Shown: piece after piece, positions 38,212 to 52,460 of the stretch | How positions within the stretch are numbered: the stretch's first letter is position 1 | Layout of the letters: every line of letters begins with the position of its first letter | Source of the DNA: Octopus vulgaris | Lineage: Eukaryota | Direction: 5' to 3' | DNA: 64,000 bases | NCBI GenBank assembly: GCA_951406725.2 | Contig: OX597816.1 | Location: 15,004,001-15,068,000 of the forward strand | Made by a program: the position numbers and the translations under genes | Notes under the pieces: generated by a model | What the model was told of the DNA's origin: nothing | The model's input: the letters and a program-made list of their open reading frames with translations, nothing else | Database searches by the model: none

Positions 38212-38637
38212 GTTCGTTTATTGGCCACAAGGGCTAACAAAAATCAATTAAAACATAAAGGGACAAAACACAGGATGAAAGTTACAAAGGGTTTTGTCCG
38301 TTTGAAAAAGTCCGTGTACAAAAGCAGGATGACAACGAAAAATAAGTTACAATTAAAACTCCCAATAGGGGGAGGCGCTTCAAAAGGTTACTCGTGGAAA
38401 AACCCATAAAAGCCATGGGAGCCTGGTCAAAAGCGGGGTAGAGAGCCCCTTTCTCCTTTTATATTTCCTTTTAATTCTCACAGGTGTATCCTCAGAATTT
38501 GTGCGTTCATACTGGCCATTCTTGCGACATTCACCCACCTTTCAATAAACTTGCTACCAGACATCACTTCCCTCTCTACTCTCATCTTCCTTTTCAAGTG
38601 AAACTTGAAAAAGTTGATGAGGCCTTGGCCAAAGAGA
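38212..38637 (-). mobile_element. Tx1/L1-like LINE 3' fragment
   Basis: Minus strand LINFFKFHLKRKMRVERE..FIERWVNVARMA; AATAAA-containing tail similar to 8490-8620. Confidence 0.55.
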
Positions 38638-38654
38638 ATGATGATAATAATAAT

Positions 38655-39192
38655 TGATGCAGTACCTAGCAGTGGCTCACGTGGCTTCCGATCTTAACTG
38701 ATTGGAAATGTTATCATGTACATTGTTTTGTCTTGGTATAAAAGATGGGCTACAGCAAATATTCTGTTCAATACCACAAATTTGCTTGTCAGTTGTTTGA
38801 CCTTAACCAGTTGAGCATGTCCCTTAGTGGCTGATGATATGTGCATCTCTGATCACGAGAAGAAGTAGTGGGAGAGCATCAAAGCCATGTGTTGAGAAGG
38901 ATTCTTTGGGGGTTGGGTAATTCACCTCTGGAAGCATGGGTGTTTCGTTCATCATCCTTAAACAAACCTTATTCAGGGACCTTTTGAGTGGGATGGGTTA
39001 CTCCACCTGAAGAAAATTCTAAATGAGCCTCACCTGCAAGGTCATGCGCTGTTTATCTTGATATGAAATCACCATGTTACGTACTGCTTGTGCCTGGTGT
39101 ACCCTTATCAGACGAGTAGTCATGATGGGTATACTGGGCTTCGTATATTTTTCACCAGTGTCACTTTGATGGCATGTACTGCTCTCTCACTC
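38655..39192. repeat. Insert flanked by (AAT)n, class unresolved
   Basis: Higher-GC block bounded by AAT microsatellites next to R4-like fragments; single copy in this window. Confidence 0.3.
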
Positions 39193-39253
39193 AATAATAA
39201 TAATAATAATAATAATAATGATGATGATGATGATGATGATGATGATAATGATC

Positions 39254-39285
<32 letters not shown>

Positions 39286-39314
39286 TATAATAATGATAAT
39301 AATAATAATAATCA

Positions 39315-40025
39315 CACTCTCTCCATTCCTATTCTGCTTAGCACTGACATCTTTACCTGACTTGCTAAATAGAACTGGATGTGGATACAGCTGTTATGGC
39401 AAAACAATCAGCCATCTCTTGTATATGGATAATCTAAAACTGTATGCTACAAATGATAGATAGCTAGAAACATTACTACAGACAGTTAAATGGCTTTATC
39501 AAAGAAATAAACGTGAAATTTGGATTAGAAAATGTATCAAAGCAACCTTGAAAAGAGGAAAACTAGTTAAGAGTAGCAACATCACACTAGATAAAGCAAA
39601 TGAATTAAGAGAATTAAATCAAAGCCAGATATACAAATATTTAAGAACCAATGAACTAGATATGATTCAATCACACACAAATGAAACAGAAGATAAGAAA
39701 GGAATACTATAGATGAGTTAGATTAATACTGAAAACAGAGCTCAATGTGAAAAACAAGATAATAGCTATCAATACTCTAGCCGTCTTAGTTATAAGTTAT
39801 AGCTACAATATTTTAAACTGAACTCTAGCAATGAACTAATCAAATTAGACAGGAAAACAAGAAAGATAATGAGAGGATTTAAGATGTATCACCCAAAACC
39901 TGACATAGAAAGGCTATATATATACAACATATTGAAAGTGGTAGAGGCTTTATACAGCTTGAAAACTATTAATAAATAACTACCATAGAACTACAGAAAT
40001 ACCTACTTCAGAAGCAAGGAAAACT
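39315..40025 (+). mobile_element. R4/Dong-like LINE reverse transcriptase remnant
   Basis: ISHLLYMDNLKLYA (YxDD-like box), KFGLEK, YKYL; frameshifted; overlaps in sequence with 50720-51140. Confidence 0.8.
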
Positions 40026-40026
40026 A

Positions 40027-40690
40027 TTAGGTTGTTTCGAAAATAATGATCGATTTCAGAAACATAATTTTATTCTGGAAAAATTAACAATAGAAATGTT
40101 TTGATTAAGTCGAAGTATGAGCCATGAACATCTATACATCTCTAACATCGATCAACGAGATTATTTATACTTCATTAATAAAAAATTATTGGCTTTGATG
40201 CTAAGAAATCTTTGAAAGCTGATTCCACCTTTGGTTTGGACCTGAAAGTTTTATCACTTAAAATTGTGTTTAAACACTTTAAGAAAATGGTAGTCAGTGG
40301 GTGAAAGAACAGGTGAATATGGAGGATGTGGTAAAGTCTCTTGCAACATGTGGCTTTGCATTATCATGGAGCAAAATTAGGCCATGCTGATTCACCAATG
40401 CAGGTCACATTTTTTTGCAAGTGGGCATGCATTTCAGCAAGTTGACTGCAGTAAACCTCTGCTGTAATGCTCTGATTGGCTTCCAGAAAGCTGTAATGGA
40501 CAACACCAATTGCAGACCACCAGACAGTCACCATAATTTTTGTTGATGCAACTTTGGCTTTGGGAAATGTTTGGGGGACACGTCATGATGAAGCCATTGA
40601 CCCGATCTTTTACAGTTATCATAAAGGATCCACTTTTTGTCACAAGTGACTATATGGTCAAGAAAAGGATCATTGATGTTTCGCAGACAG
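40027..40690 (-). pseudogene. Decayed mariner element
   Basis: HPPYSP..SPTDYHFLK motif near 40280-40330; TIR-like TTAGGTTG end at 40027; stops and frameshifts. Confidence 0.65.
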
Positions 40691-40699
40691 CATTGAGCT

Positions 40700-41505
40700 C
40701 ACTTGGTCAAAATAGGTCCAGGGTGGGATGATGAGGGGGTGTGTGTAAAAAAAAGGAGTTTTTAAAACTTTTTCATACAAAGATGCCCCCACTACATCAT
40801 TTCAAAGGCTGTGGTTTAATAAAAAATGGGGGAAATTCCTGAAAAAATTTCTGTCACAAATTTCTCTATAATTGTGATCTATACTGACTGAAAGAGATTT
40901 GTATAAATTTTCATTAAAAGATACCCATCTTCCTGAAAGTTATGAGGGAAATAAGTCAGATCATGTGAATTTTCGAAAACTCCTCTCTCTATCCCCTCCG
41001 AAAATTTCTTTCCTATAAATCCCTGTATACCCTGAAGCCATATCTAAGCATTATTTGTAGAAAATGTTTTTAAAAAGTACCCATTTCTCTGGATGCTAAT
41101 GAAGCAAGAAAGTCGGGGACGTATACATCTGTAGTAAAGCCATTTTATTTATTCGAATTTTTCATTCCATGTTTATTTCATTCATTGTTCAAAATGTCCT
41201 CTCTCCTGCCCTCTCTCTCTCACACACTGCATAGCTCACAGATAAGCTGCTGAACTGAAATCTCTATGATGTTTTGAGGGGAAGGTAAAACTCGATATTG
41301 TTGGATTACCATGATGTTTGTTTAAAAAAAGAGAGATTATGAAAGTGATGAAATAATGAAAGCAATATTTACTAAGCAAGTGACCACTATTATACAAAGA
41401 AATAGTTAGACGTAAAGCATAAAAATTATTAGAAATGGGAATCAAATGTGGAAAATATTACCAAGTGGCTAGAAGGAAACCTCCCGGAGGGCAGTCTTTC
41501 TGCTA
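40700..41505 (+). mobile_element. Possible Helitron-like remnant
   Basis: Ends in hairpin CCTCCCGGAGG then CTAG|T; 5' end unclear. Confidence 0.35.
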
Positions 41506-41506
41506 G

Positions 41507-41540
<34 letters not shown>

Positions 41541-41787
41541 TGTATGTATGTATGTGTATATATAAATATATGGCTGGCTGCTAACAAATTTTTCTGCAAT
41601 ATAAGGATGTTCTATCCTGTGTATGCTATTCAACATTATTATTATGCGTTTGAGAGTAAATTATTTCCATATCTGTATATTTCAATACATCTCAATGCTT
41701 CTGAAAAAGCAAACTTTGTTTACAAACATCGTAACTATATATATATACACACACATACACATGCACACATATATATATAAATATATA

Positions 41788-41823
41788 TGTCCGACGAACA
41801 GGAACGTGAAACTCAGAGTAACA
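41788..41823 (+). ncRNA. Minimal hammerhead-like motif (family H2) in a (TA)n-flanked insert 41788-41930
   Basis: tgt CCGACGA ac aggaac gt GAAA ctcagag TA aca; related copy at 48236-48466. Confidence 0.55.
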
Positions 41824-42461
41824 GGTTTTGTTGAATTTTCTGCTGCTTTTAAATAAAGCATATTACTCTACCTCTGGTATTTGAGTACTCTTTTTTCCAC
41901 CTTGTTTCACATTTATGTGCTTACTCCGGTATATATATATATATATACATACACATGAAGTTAAGTATACGTCTGGTCATAGAGTGACCAATGGTTTCGC
42001 ATCCATAAAACGCTTAGCTTTATGGACTACTTGTCAGTCACTAATGGTGAAGGCCTTGTATCTCTTCAAACTGTAGAGGTAGAATTCCATTATGGTCAGT
42101 CAGTTAGTAAACAAAGAATAAACATTCCGGGTCGGTGAGGACAGGTTATCTCCCTCAGATCAATTCAGTTGGTAGACCATATGGGCTAAAATGGCAAACT
42201 GGAAGCTCTGCTCTCAAGCTGCTTCTAGCTTGTGCAGACTTTTTCAGATCTAATCAATGATTGGGGAATCCCATGTTTGCAGCAGGTGGCATTTGAAATA
42301 TAAGCAGGGGCTATAAGTCTCATGTCAGAAATTTAATAATCCTAGTTCCAGGGTATCTTTGAGGGCCATGACATTGTGTGATGGCTGTAAGCAAGTGTTA
42401 CTGTCAAACAACTGAACCATTTGGCTATAGATAACGGATTTTCCATAAAATATATATATAT

Positions 42462-42665
42462 AGGGAGAGTTTACGACAAAATCAAAAGACGAAGACAGGT
42501 GGTGTACAAAACAAAAAGATGTATTAGTATAACGCTCAGGAATTGAAAAAGTCTTTTACATTTCGAGCCTATGCTCTTTTGCAGAAAGGGACATGGAAAA
42601 AACAAGGAGAGAAACAAGGAGAGAAAAAATTGTGTGTAGTGGCTAACGATGTATCATGGCAACTG
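42462..42665 (-). mobile_element. ~200 bp (TA)n-flanked H1-like element with degenerate hammerhead core
   Basis: Minus strand cttt CTGCAAA a gagc atag gctc GAAA tg TA aaag (42553-42588). Confidence 0.5.
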
Positions 42666-42727
42666 ATATATATATATATTTTATGGAAAATCCGTTATCC
42701 ATGGCCACATGGTTCAGTTGTTTGACA

Positions 42728-42780
<53 letters not shown>

Positions 42781-43439
42781 GTGGATGATAATATTTTCAA
42801 CTGAGAAGTTACAGTTGTGTCTTATTGTTCAAGTGTTTCAATTCTCTATGTATGTACATATATTTCCTCAACTCAATTTTGCTGACATTTATCAATGGTT
42901 TTCTCAATGGTTTTGATGTGCCATTTCTCTTATTAATAAAGCTGTCAGCATTTAGACCATGGAAAAGCAGATGTTTCATATAATATATATACATGTATGT
43001 ATTATGTGGACAGTAATATTTTCAACCGAGAAGTTACAACCACATTTGATGGTTCAAATGATTCAAATTCTGTGTATGTACCTATTTGTCCTCAAATCAA
43101 TTGCTGGCATTTATCAATGGTTTTCCCCACTAGTTTTACTGTGCCATTTTCTTTCACTATTAAAACTGTCGGTATTTTTGATAACACAGGTATGTCAGTT
43201 TCCTCATATTACCCATGATTGTAAAAGTGCATTGATTTTTTTTGTAGCAATTGTAGTGATAAATTCATTTGAAAGAGTCTGCTGTAGATTCTTAAATAAG
43301 TGAATACCCTAGTGATTAATACAACGTAAAACATTGCTCTGCTAATAAGCAGCTTGCCAAGAAATCATCTAGGGAAACTATTTTGTCATGAAAATATTAA
43401 TGATTGCAGGGTTTTTTTTTTTCACTTTAGTCTTAGTCT

Positions 43440-43832
43440 TTTAGTCTTTTACTTGTTTCAGTCATTTGACTGTGGCCATGCTGGAGCACCGCCTTTAGTC
43501 GAGCAAATCGACCCTAGGACTTATTCTTTGTAAGCCCAGTACTTATTCTATCGGTCTCTTTTGCCGAACCGCTAAGTGACGGGGACGTAAACACACCAGC
43601 ATCGGTTGTCAAGCAATGCTAGGGGGACAAACACAAACACACAAACACACACACATATATACATATATACGACAGGCTTCTTTCAGTTTCTGTCTACCAA
43701 ATCCACCCACAAGGCATTGGTCAGCCCGGGGCTATAGCAGAAGACACTTGCCCAAGATGCCACACAGTGGGACTGAACCCGGAACCATGTGGTTGGTTAG
43801 CAAGCTACTTACCACACAGCCACTCCTGCGCC
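43440..43832 (-). mobile_element. SINE family A
   Basis: Full-length reverse copy. Confidence 0.85.
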
Positions 43833-44264
43833 TACAGCAAACTACTTAGTCAAATACTTCCACTTTCCTTTTTCTTTTGTCTCTAAGTGTCTTAGTGTCT
43901 TAGGATGTGTGTGGAGCTTTCCCTTACTCAGTGCTTGCAACAAAGCCTATCATGTGCAATCATCGTGCACCTCTTATTTAAACTCTCATTTCGTCTCACT
44001 TTCACCCTCTCTCTCCTTCTTTCTCTCAATACGATGTAAAGCCTTGGTTCCCAAACTTGTTCAAATTTTTCTTCCTACAGACACCCTCCCATTTTTCGAG
44101 GCTTCTCAGACCCTCACCATCTCCTCCCCAAACTGAAAAAAAACCATGAGAAGACGAACAAAGCAAAATGACCTTGTATAAAATAACTTTTCATGAGATA
44201 TGAGACAGGTGAACTTGTTTGGTCAGTAATGTATCCTCAATATTAGGCTGCATTTTTGATCTCT

Positions 44265-44660
44265 GCTTACGAAGACCTGTTGAGGCAAGTGAAATTGGAA
44301 TCGAAATCGAAATCACTCAAAAATCAACAGAAATTGTAGTTGTGATACCAGTGTCGGTGGCATGTAAAAGAACCATCCGAATGTGGCCATTGCCAGCACC
44401 GCCCCAACTGGCCTCCGTGCCAGTGGCATGTAAAAAGCACCAACCGATCGTGGCTGTTGCCAGCCTCACCTGGCACGTGAAAAGCACCCACTACACTCAC
44501 AGAGTGGTTGGCGTTAGGAAGGGCATCCAGCTGTAGAAACACTGCCTGATCAGACTGGGCCTGGTGCAGCCTCCTGGCTTCCCAGACCCCAGTTGAACTG
44601 TCCAACCCATGCTAGCATGGAAAACGGACGTTAATCGATGATGATGATGATGACGATGAT
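44265..44660 (+). mobile_element. Family B RTE 3' fragment
   Basis: Family B terminus plus (GAT)n. Confidence 0.75.
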
Positions 44661-44664
44661 GACC

Positions 44665-45852
44665 CTCATGTCATGCGCAACATCTAATTTATTGCGAGCC
44701 TTTGTGTTAATTCAAGTAGGGTTGCAAAACCATCTCACATTCGTACATTTTTGCAAATGGGCCGATGATTTTGAGGGCCAATTTGGCTACATCTGGATAG
44801 GACTGCATCATTTCAGTCCAGAATTCACTGCAACACATGTTATGGAAGGTGTTTTTAGCACCTCCATCATTCAGCAAGTTGATGAACTGTCCCTGAATGA
44901 CGTAATCTTCTCTCAGAAGACCAACAACAGAGATTGCAAAGGAATTGCTGATGAAATGATGAACTGTTTCGAAATTTTGTAGGCCAGGAAAGTATCTTTG
45001 AATTTCAGCATGAAGATTTAAGACATGCTGTTTTATTATGTCAAAGATGTCAGCATCAACTCGAAGGCTATCTTAATCAAAGAAAGTATTGAAGTTCGGA
45101 AATGGTGCAAAATTCACTCATTCCAATTTAGAATGCCACAAATGGAGCTTCAGTTTAAGGGCAGTCATTTTTTTCATAACAGTGGACAACGGTGATGTCC
45201 TTTCCTTGTAATGCTAAGTTATCAGAATTAACTGATTCAAAAATGTTGAACAAAATGGAGAGACATACAAGGAACAAAGTATTGGAGAATTGTCTGTGCA
45301 GTTCCTTTTTAGCACCATGAAGAAATTCGTGTATCTCATTTCGTAGAACGAATACTCTTTTCAATACTCTCCACTTCGATAACCACCTTGCATGCAAGTA
45401 CAGTAAAAGCATTTAAAAATCGGAGCCATTGTCCTTGTACATGTCAGCGAAAGGCTGCGAGTTTAGAGAACTGACTCTGATGAAATTACCACTTTGACCG
45501 CATCCTTCAAAACGGTTTTTTTTAACCATCAATGTTTGGCGATGAAATGTAAAATGCATACTGATTGCATTAGGAGACTTCTCCTTCACCATTGTCTGAA
45601 AGCCAGAGCAGCAACCAAGCATCACTGGAGCAGCGTTGGGGCACACACCCTAACAAGTGTTCGCAGTTTATGCCATGTGTGTTAAAGAATTGATCCACTT
45701 TCTGGAATATATCATTTGCAGTAGTTTGAGTGTTGAGGCTTTCGCAAACAAGGAATTCATCTTTCAGACACTTGTTATGCATGTAACGTACATAAACATA
45801 AAGCTTTGCTAAATCCGTCACGTCAGTGGTTTCATCGATTTGGATGGTGATA
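44665..45852 (-). pseudogene. Decayed hAT (Buster/ZBED8/FAM200-like) transposase
   Basis: IQIDETTDV..LYVYVRY..DEFLVCESL..TTANDIF; APVMLG..SGF; H.TFHRQTL; RWLSK.RVLKRVF.LRNEI; multiple frameshifts. Confidence 0.85.
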
Positions 45853-45859
45853 TAGTTAA

Positions 45860-46080
45860 CCCTGTAGTGTTTGCATTATTCTGCCAAAATTTATGTTTTT
45901 TTATCCAAATTGTTTTAAACTAATCATGAATTATCTCATAGCTTTGAGATTTTGATGAGGTAGCTGTTAATTTTTAAAACGATATTGTAGGGTTGGTGTG
46001 AGAGATCAGATCTGGCCAGTTTCACCATAAAACAGGCAGAATACTTTTGGCTAGATATGGCTGGTTTAATTGCTAAATGG
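45860..46080. mobile_element. TTAA-flanked MITE family P2
   Basis: TTAA|CCCTGTAGTG...TGCTAAATGG|TTAA. Confidence 0.7.
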
Positions 46081-46142
46081 TTAAGTACTGATGTTTCTTT
46101 TTTTTTTGAGATGACCTTATGTGAAGTCGTGTGTTGAAACAG

Positions 46143-46672
46143 ATATTGTTATATTTTGGAATGGTCATTTTGCCAGTTTAACCAATAAAAAAACATGCAC
46201 TATATATTTGGTGTTACTTTGCTTCAGTGTTATTTATTTTTTACATTAAGCTTAATCTTATTTCGGCCAGAGTTCTTTCACACTCCTGTGACCGCATCAG
46301 TGGTCCTTTGTTTTCTTCTTTCTTATTTGTGTGTCTCTCCTTACTAACGTCAGCTATTTTGTATTTCTATTGTATGTCTTCATTTGCGCATGCTTATATC
46401 TCTATGTGCGTCTATGTTTATTTAGTGTGTGTGTGTGTGTGGGGATGCCTGTAATATTTGTATCTTTTGTTTATATACGTTCATGTAATTTGTTTTTGTT
46501 GTTGTTGTTTTTGTTTATTCTTATTTTGTTCATGCGGTCACAGGAGTGTGACGAAAGAACTCTGGCCGAAATAAGATTAAGATTAATGTAAAAAATAAAT
46601 AACACCAAATATATAGTGCGTGTTTTTTATTGGCTAAACTGGCAAAATGACCATTCCAAAATATAACAATAT
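46143..46672. repeat. Long inverted repeat (46143-46297 / 46532-46672), Penelope-like inverted pLTR with degenerate hammerhead
   Basis: About 140-155 bp near-perfect arms; minus strand CTGATGC ggtc...ggcc GAAA. Confidence 0.75.
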
Positions 46673-46974
46673 ATATACATATTGATAGAAATGGTAATAC
46701 AACAAAAGAATGAAAGAGACCTCGATATTATGTAAATAGAGGAATTTATCTGTAAATGTAATATGTGACAATTATTCATGGCTACCTAATAATTGTTACA
46801 TATTACATTTACACACACACACACATATATATGTATATATACACACACAAGATATTTTCCAAAGCATGGTAAATCCTTATTCATGCAAAAGTTACCCTTG
46901 AAATTGATTAATTTTGTTTTACTTCAATATCCTCATTTTAGTATTCAGTTGGACTTAGGTCAAGTTTCTTACCA

Positions 46975-47220
46975 CTGTAAAAAACACCATTTGAGTGTGG
47001 CCATTGCCAGTACCACATGACTGGTCCTCGTGCCGGTAGCACGTAAAAGCACCCACTACACTCTCCAAGTGGTTGGCGTTAGGAAGGGCATCCAGCTGTA
47101 GAAACTCTGCCAGATTAGATTGGAACCTGGTGCAGCCATCTGGTTTGCCAGCCCTCAGTCAAATCGTCCAACCCATGCTAGCATGGAAAGCGGACGTTAA
47201 GCGATTATGATAATGATGAT
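46975..47220 (+). mobile_element. Family B RTE 3' fragment
   Basis: Family B terminus. Confidence 0.75.
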
Positions 47221-47239
47221 ATATCTATATCTATATTTA

Positions 47240-47285
<46 letters not shown>

Positions 47286-47861
47286 TATATACATATTTAT
47301 ATTGGAAGACAATACTGAGGTTAAGTTGACTGTTCTTGCCTCTGTCACCCCCCCAACCCCACATGCACACGATACATAATGTCATGATAATTCTAGAAGT
47401 CATACACAGCTCATATTCTCACTGCATTATATTACTGGAATGATTCGAAGCAGGAGGAAAAATTAATTACATCAGTGTTTTTCATCATCTCATAGGTAGT
47501 CGTATGATTTTCTTTACAAAATAATAGTAATGGCTTCTTTTGTGTTTTCGCTGGAATTCAATTATAAAAAATACAAAAAAAAATTGCAATATTCTCTTAT
47601 CATGATAAACATATTTTTCTTTGCACCGAAACACTTTTTGTACTTTGGTAATAAAAAATATCTCATCTTTGCAAAGAATTGTGTAAACCTAGACAAACTG
47701 CATTGCATTTGCAAATGCATGTGTAAAATAATTCGATAAAATGGCAAAGAACTCCTCCTAAAATATTACTCTTTTTTATTGCAAAAAAGAATGGACGTTG
47801 GACATTGTAGCCCCTAATATAAAAAAGACTGATTGGTCATATGCAATTGTTCTGATTGAAG

Positions 47862-48466
<605 letters not shown>

Positions 48467-48480
48467 ATGTGTGTATTTGA

Positions 48481-48514
<34 letters not shown>

Positions 48515-48558
48515 ATGTGTGTATGTTTATATACATATATGTGTGTGTATGTATATGT

Positions 48559-48629
<71 letters not shown>

Positions 48630-49037
48630 GTTACAAATTGAGATAGGGGTTGTAAATGCAACCCACCATGGGATACCATATATCCAATATACTGCTAGTG
48701 AGGTACCCAACAAAGTTAATACATAAATGTTAAGAATTGCGATACAATTAATTCATTTATTGTATTATATGGGCAAAGGTAAAATGTTTTACCACAAATT
48801 CATAATACAAAATAAGAAAATGGAGAAATACATCGAAATCAAATATCAATTACCAGATAATACTCAATCACATACTTTATTAAACCACTACATAAGAAAC
48901 TATAAGGTTAAACATAATAATGCAGGGTAAAACAGTGTACATGAAGGAGTGTATATAAAATAGTAATGTTATACAATAAGTAGAATACGTATAATAGAAC
49001 ATAAATATAAGTACACATAAATATAAATATAAACTAT

Positions 49038-49164
49038 ATCTTACAGCTGTTTCGGCCATGTAGATAAGCATGTCTCATTCAACTCATATTAGCCATTTAT
49101 GGTAGGTCAATATGTAGTAATAAATGAGACATTTACAAAAATATCCTAAGGCCTCTTCGGAGAT
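49038..49164 (-). ncRNA. Hammerhead-like motif with extended stem II
   Basis: Minus strand atct CCGAAGA ggcc..atgtctcatt..aatgagacat..ggcc GAAA cagctg TA agat. Confidence 0.6.
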
Positions 49165-49813
49165 TACAAATTAGATTACATATATACTTATAAAGGTGTG
49201 GGTATATACCCATAATAAAACATATACATATACATATGAGTGCATATACTCATACTCATATACATATAAATATAAATATACATAATGATATAAATAATAA
49301 AAATTAATAAACATACATATACTCCACATTCAATGTTACAGTTTTTCAACTTAAAGTTGTGATAATTACAATGTAGAAAAACATACACATATTAATATCT
49401 AAATGCAGATATAGAGAGTCAAGGCTACTTTCTATTAGTTCTTATTAATTTCCAAAATGTCATTAATGCTAGCATCATTATCATTGTCGTTACCACTAAT
49501 GCTACCAATATCATCATTCATATTATTATTAATAACGCTAATACTAGAGAAACAATACATATATTCATTATTAACAACATAGTCACTATAGTATTACAAA
49601 ATCGTGCAAAGTGTTATATATCCGCATATACATACGAAATATGAAGTACCAGCATTCTGTTTATACTACATTAAATCCACAGGTGTACATATGTAAGTCC
49701 GATTTTAAGTTTATAATTTTCCTTGTAACATAAATACACTACTATTTCAGAAATAATTATGGATCTAGCGCTAAATTATGATTGGCCTGTGGGTTTGAAT
49801 TTAAATTACCATA

Positions 49814-49862
<49 letters not shown>

Positions 49863-50320
49863 TTATATATATATATGCATATATGCATGCTTCATCTGTA
49901 CACTCATATGTACACATGCACTTAGAACCAACAAGGGAAGATACTTTGTGCAATGTAATAAAAAAAAGACAGGATGGTCATAAATGGAATTGCTTTGACG
50001 TAGTCTGCTAGTTTAGAACAACAACAAAGAAGAACACTTTATACAATACGATCCTTGCAGGGACGTATATTCCGGATGTGCTAAGTGTGTGCCATGCGGT
50101 TCTAAGTAAATTCCACCACGGTATATTCCACCATGGTAAATTCCACCCATGGATAGACTTCCAATATAAGCTGCATCTGCTAATAATCACCAAGGTCAGT
50201 TTATCTAGACTGTAGGTCACTACCTGTGATTTAATCTGTCTGTCTCTCAATTCTTAAGAAGAGAGAGAGAGAGAGTGACAGCAGAGAGAGAGAGAGAGAG
50301 AGAGAGTGAGAGCAGAGAGC

Positions 50321-50352
<32 letters not shown>

Positions 50353-50719
50353 TCTGAAGGTGAGATAGAAACTAATCTTTATAATCTACTCGAGTTGAGA
50401 TGGGATCACTTTAATGTCCTCCCATCAAGCAAGAATTTATGAAAAAGACTCATCACAAAATTTCAAAAATAATATAATTTGGGAAAAAGAAAGAAAAGAT
50501 TAAATTTTAGCACACGCTGTATTCACCATGTATTCCTTTGTGTGTTTGTTCCTTAATTATATTTTCTCCCTCGTATTTTTTGTATTCAATGACATTATTG
50601 ACATTATTTTTTATGCATTCTTTTTTCATTTCGATAATATCGTAACCCATATAATATAAAGATAATCATAATCATAACCATAATAATAATAATGATGATG
50701 ATGATGATGGTGATGATAA

Positions 50720-51137
50720 TAAGAGAATTAGACCAAAGCCAGACTTGCAAATATTTAGGAATCCATGAACTAGATATGATACAACACACACAAATGAAAG
50801 AGAAAATGAAGAAAGAATACTATAGACGAGTTAGATCAATACTAAAAACAGAGCTCAATGCTAAAAACAAGATAATAGGTATCAACACTTTAGCCATCCC
50901 AGTTATAAGTTACAGCTACAATATCATTAACTTGGCACTAAATGAACTGACCAAAATAGACAGGGAAACAAGAAAAATAATGACAGGATCTAGGATGCAT
51001 CACCCAAAATCTGACATAGAAAGGCTATATATACAATGTATAGAAGGTGGTAGAGGCCTTATACAGCTGGAAAACTGTTATAAAATAACCACCATAGGAT
51101 TGCAAAAATACCTACTTTAGAAGCAAGGAAAACTGAT

Positions 51138-51140
<3 letters not shown>
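50720..51140 (+). mobile_element. R4/Dong-like LINE RT C-terminal fragment
   Basis: CKYLGI..EYYRRVRSILKTELNAKNKIIGINTLAIPVISYS..HHPKSDIERLY..GGRGL. Confidence 0.8.
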
Positions 51141-51198
<58 letters not shown>

Positions 51199-51208
51199 TG
51201 TATGTATG

Positions 51209-51248
<40 letters not shown>

Positions 51249-51749
51249 TATATGTGTTTGTGAGTCTGTGTTTGTCACCCCACCATCGCTTGACAACAGA
51301 TGCTGGTGTATTTACATCCCCATAACTTGGCTGTTCAGCAAAAGGGACTGAGAGCATAAGCACTAGGCTTACAAAGAATAAATCCTGGGGTCGATTTGCT
51401 CAACTAAAGGTGGTACTCCAGCATGGTCACAGCCAAATGACTAAAACAAGTAAAAGAATAAAGAATATAATTTTGGTATAGAAGTGGGAGGCTTTGAAGC
51501 TGTTGTTTGCAGTCATCCACTTTCTCTTTGATGTTCAGAGAGATTCATATCAGATGGACAGCTGATCTCTATGGCACTACATACTTCCTTCTGGCCTGTC
51601 TAAAATGACAATATTTGGCATGTTATGTTTCTATTTGGTAGAAGCTTTGATAGGAATATTCCACTGGTATTCCTCGTGTTTATGTTTATATATGAATTCA
51701 ATAACACAAGCATTCTCTTTATTTCTCTCTCTATATGTTTTTATGTAGT

Positions 51750-52050
51750 GGAGGCGCACTGGCCCAGTGGTTAGGACAGAGGACTCGCAGTCGTAGAATC
51801 GCGGTTTCAATTCCCAGAGTGGGCATTGTGAGTGTTTATTGAGCTAAAGCTCCACAAGGCTCTGGCAGGGGGTGGTGGCGATCCATGATGTACTCTTTCA
51901 CCACAACTTTCTCTCACTCTTTCTTCTGTTGGCCTGCTCGCTTAGCTAGCAGGGTGACGTCATTTGAAGGCTAAAACAATGTGAAGCGCATTGTGACCAG
52001 CGATGTGTAGCAACATTTGATAGCCTGGTCAGTCACAGTGATCACAGTGA
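51750..52050 (+). mobile_element. SINE family C, tail variant 2
   Basis: Colinear with 22712-23012. Confidence 0.8.
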
Positions 52051-52183
52051 TATGTTTTATGTGTGTATGTATGTATGTACATGTACACACACATACACAC
52101 ACACACGTCTACTGAGATGAAGTGAAAATTCCAGAAAACTGAAACATCATCTCTGTGTAAATTCTGCCTCGTGCATATATGTG

Positions 52184-52242
<59 letters not shown>

Positions 52243-52407
52243 CCTATCTCTTTCCCACTCACTCTCTTTCTTTTGCAAGTTATTTTTTTCTTATATAAAA
52301 TGCATATGTTGTTTTTGCTGATATGTAAAATACAGTATGATAGATAGCAACATTTCAAAGTTATATCACAGTATATAGCTTTGAAATGTGTGTATATATA
52401 TATACAT

Positions 52408-52460
<53 letters not shown>

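Noticed and set aside
42775-43190. Diverged ~220 bp tandem duplication as a functional repeat
   Set aside because: Two diverged copies with no ORF or structure; ordinary local duplication.
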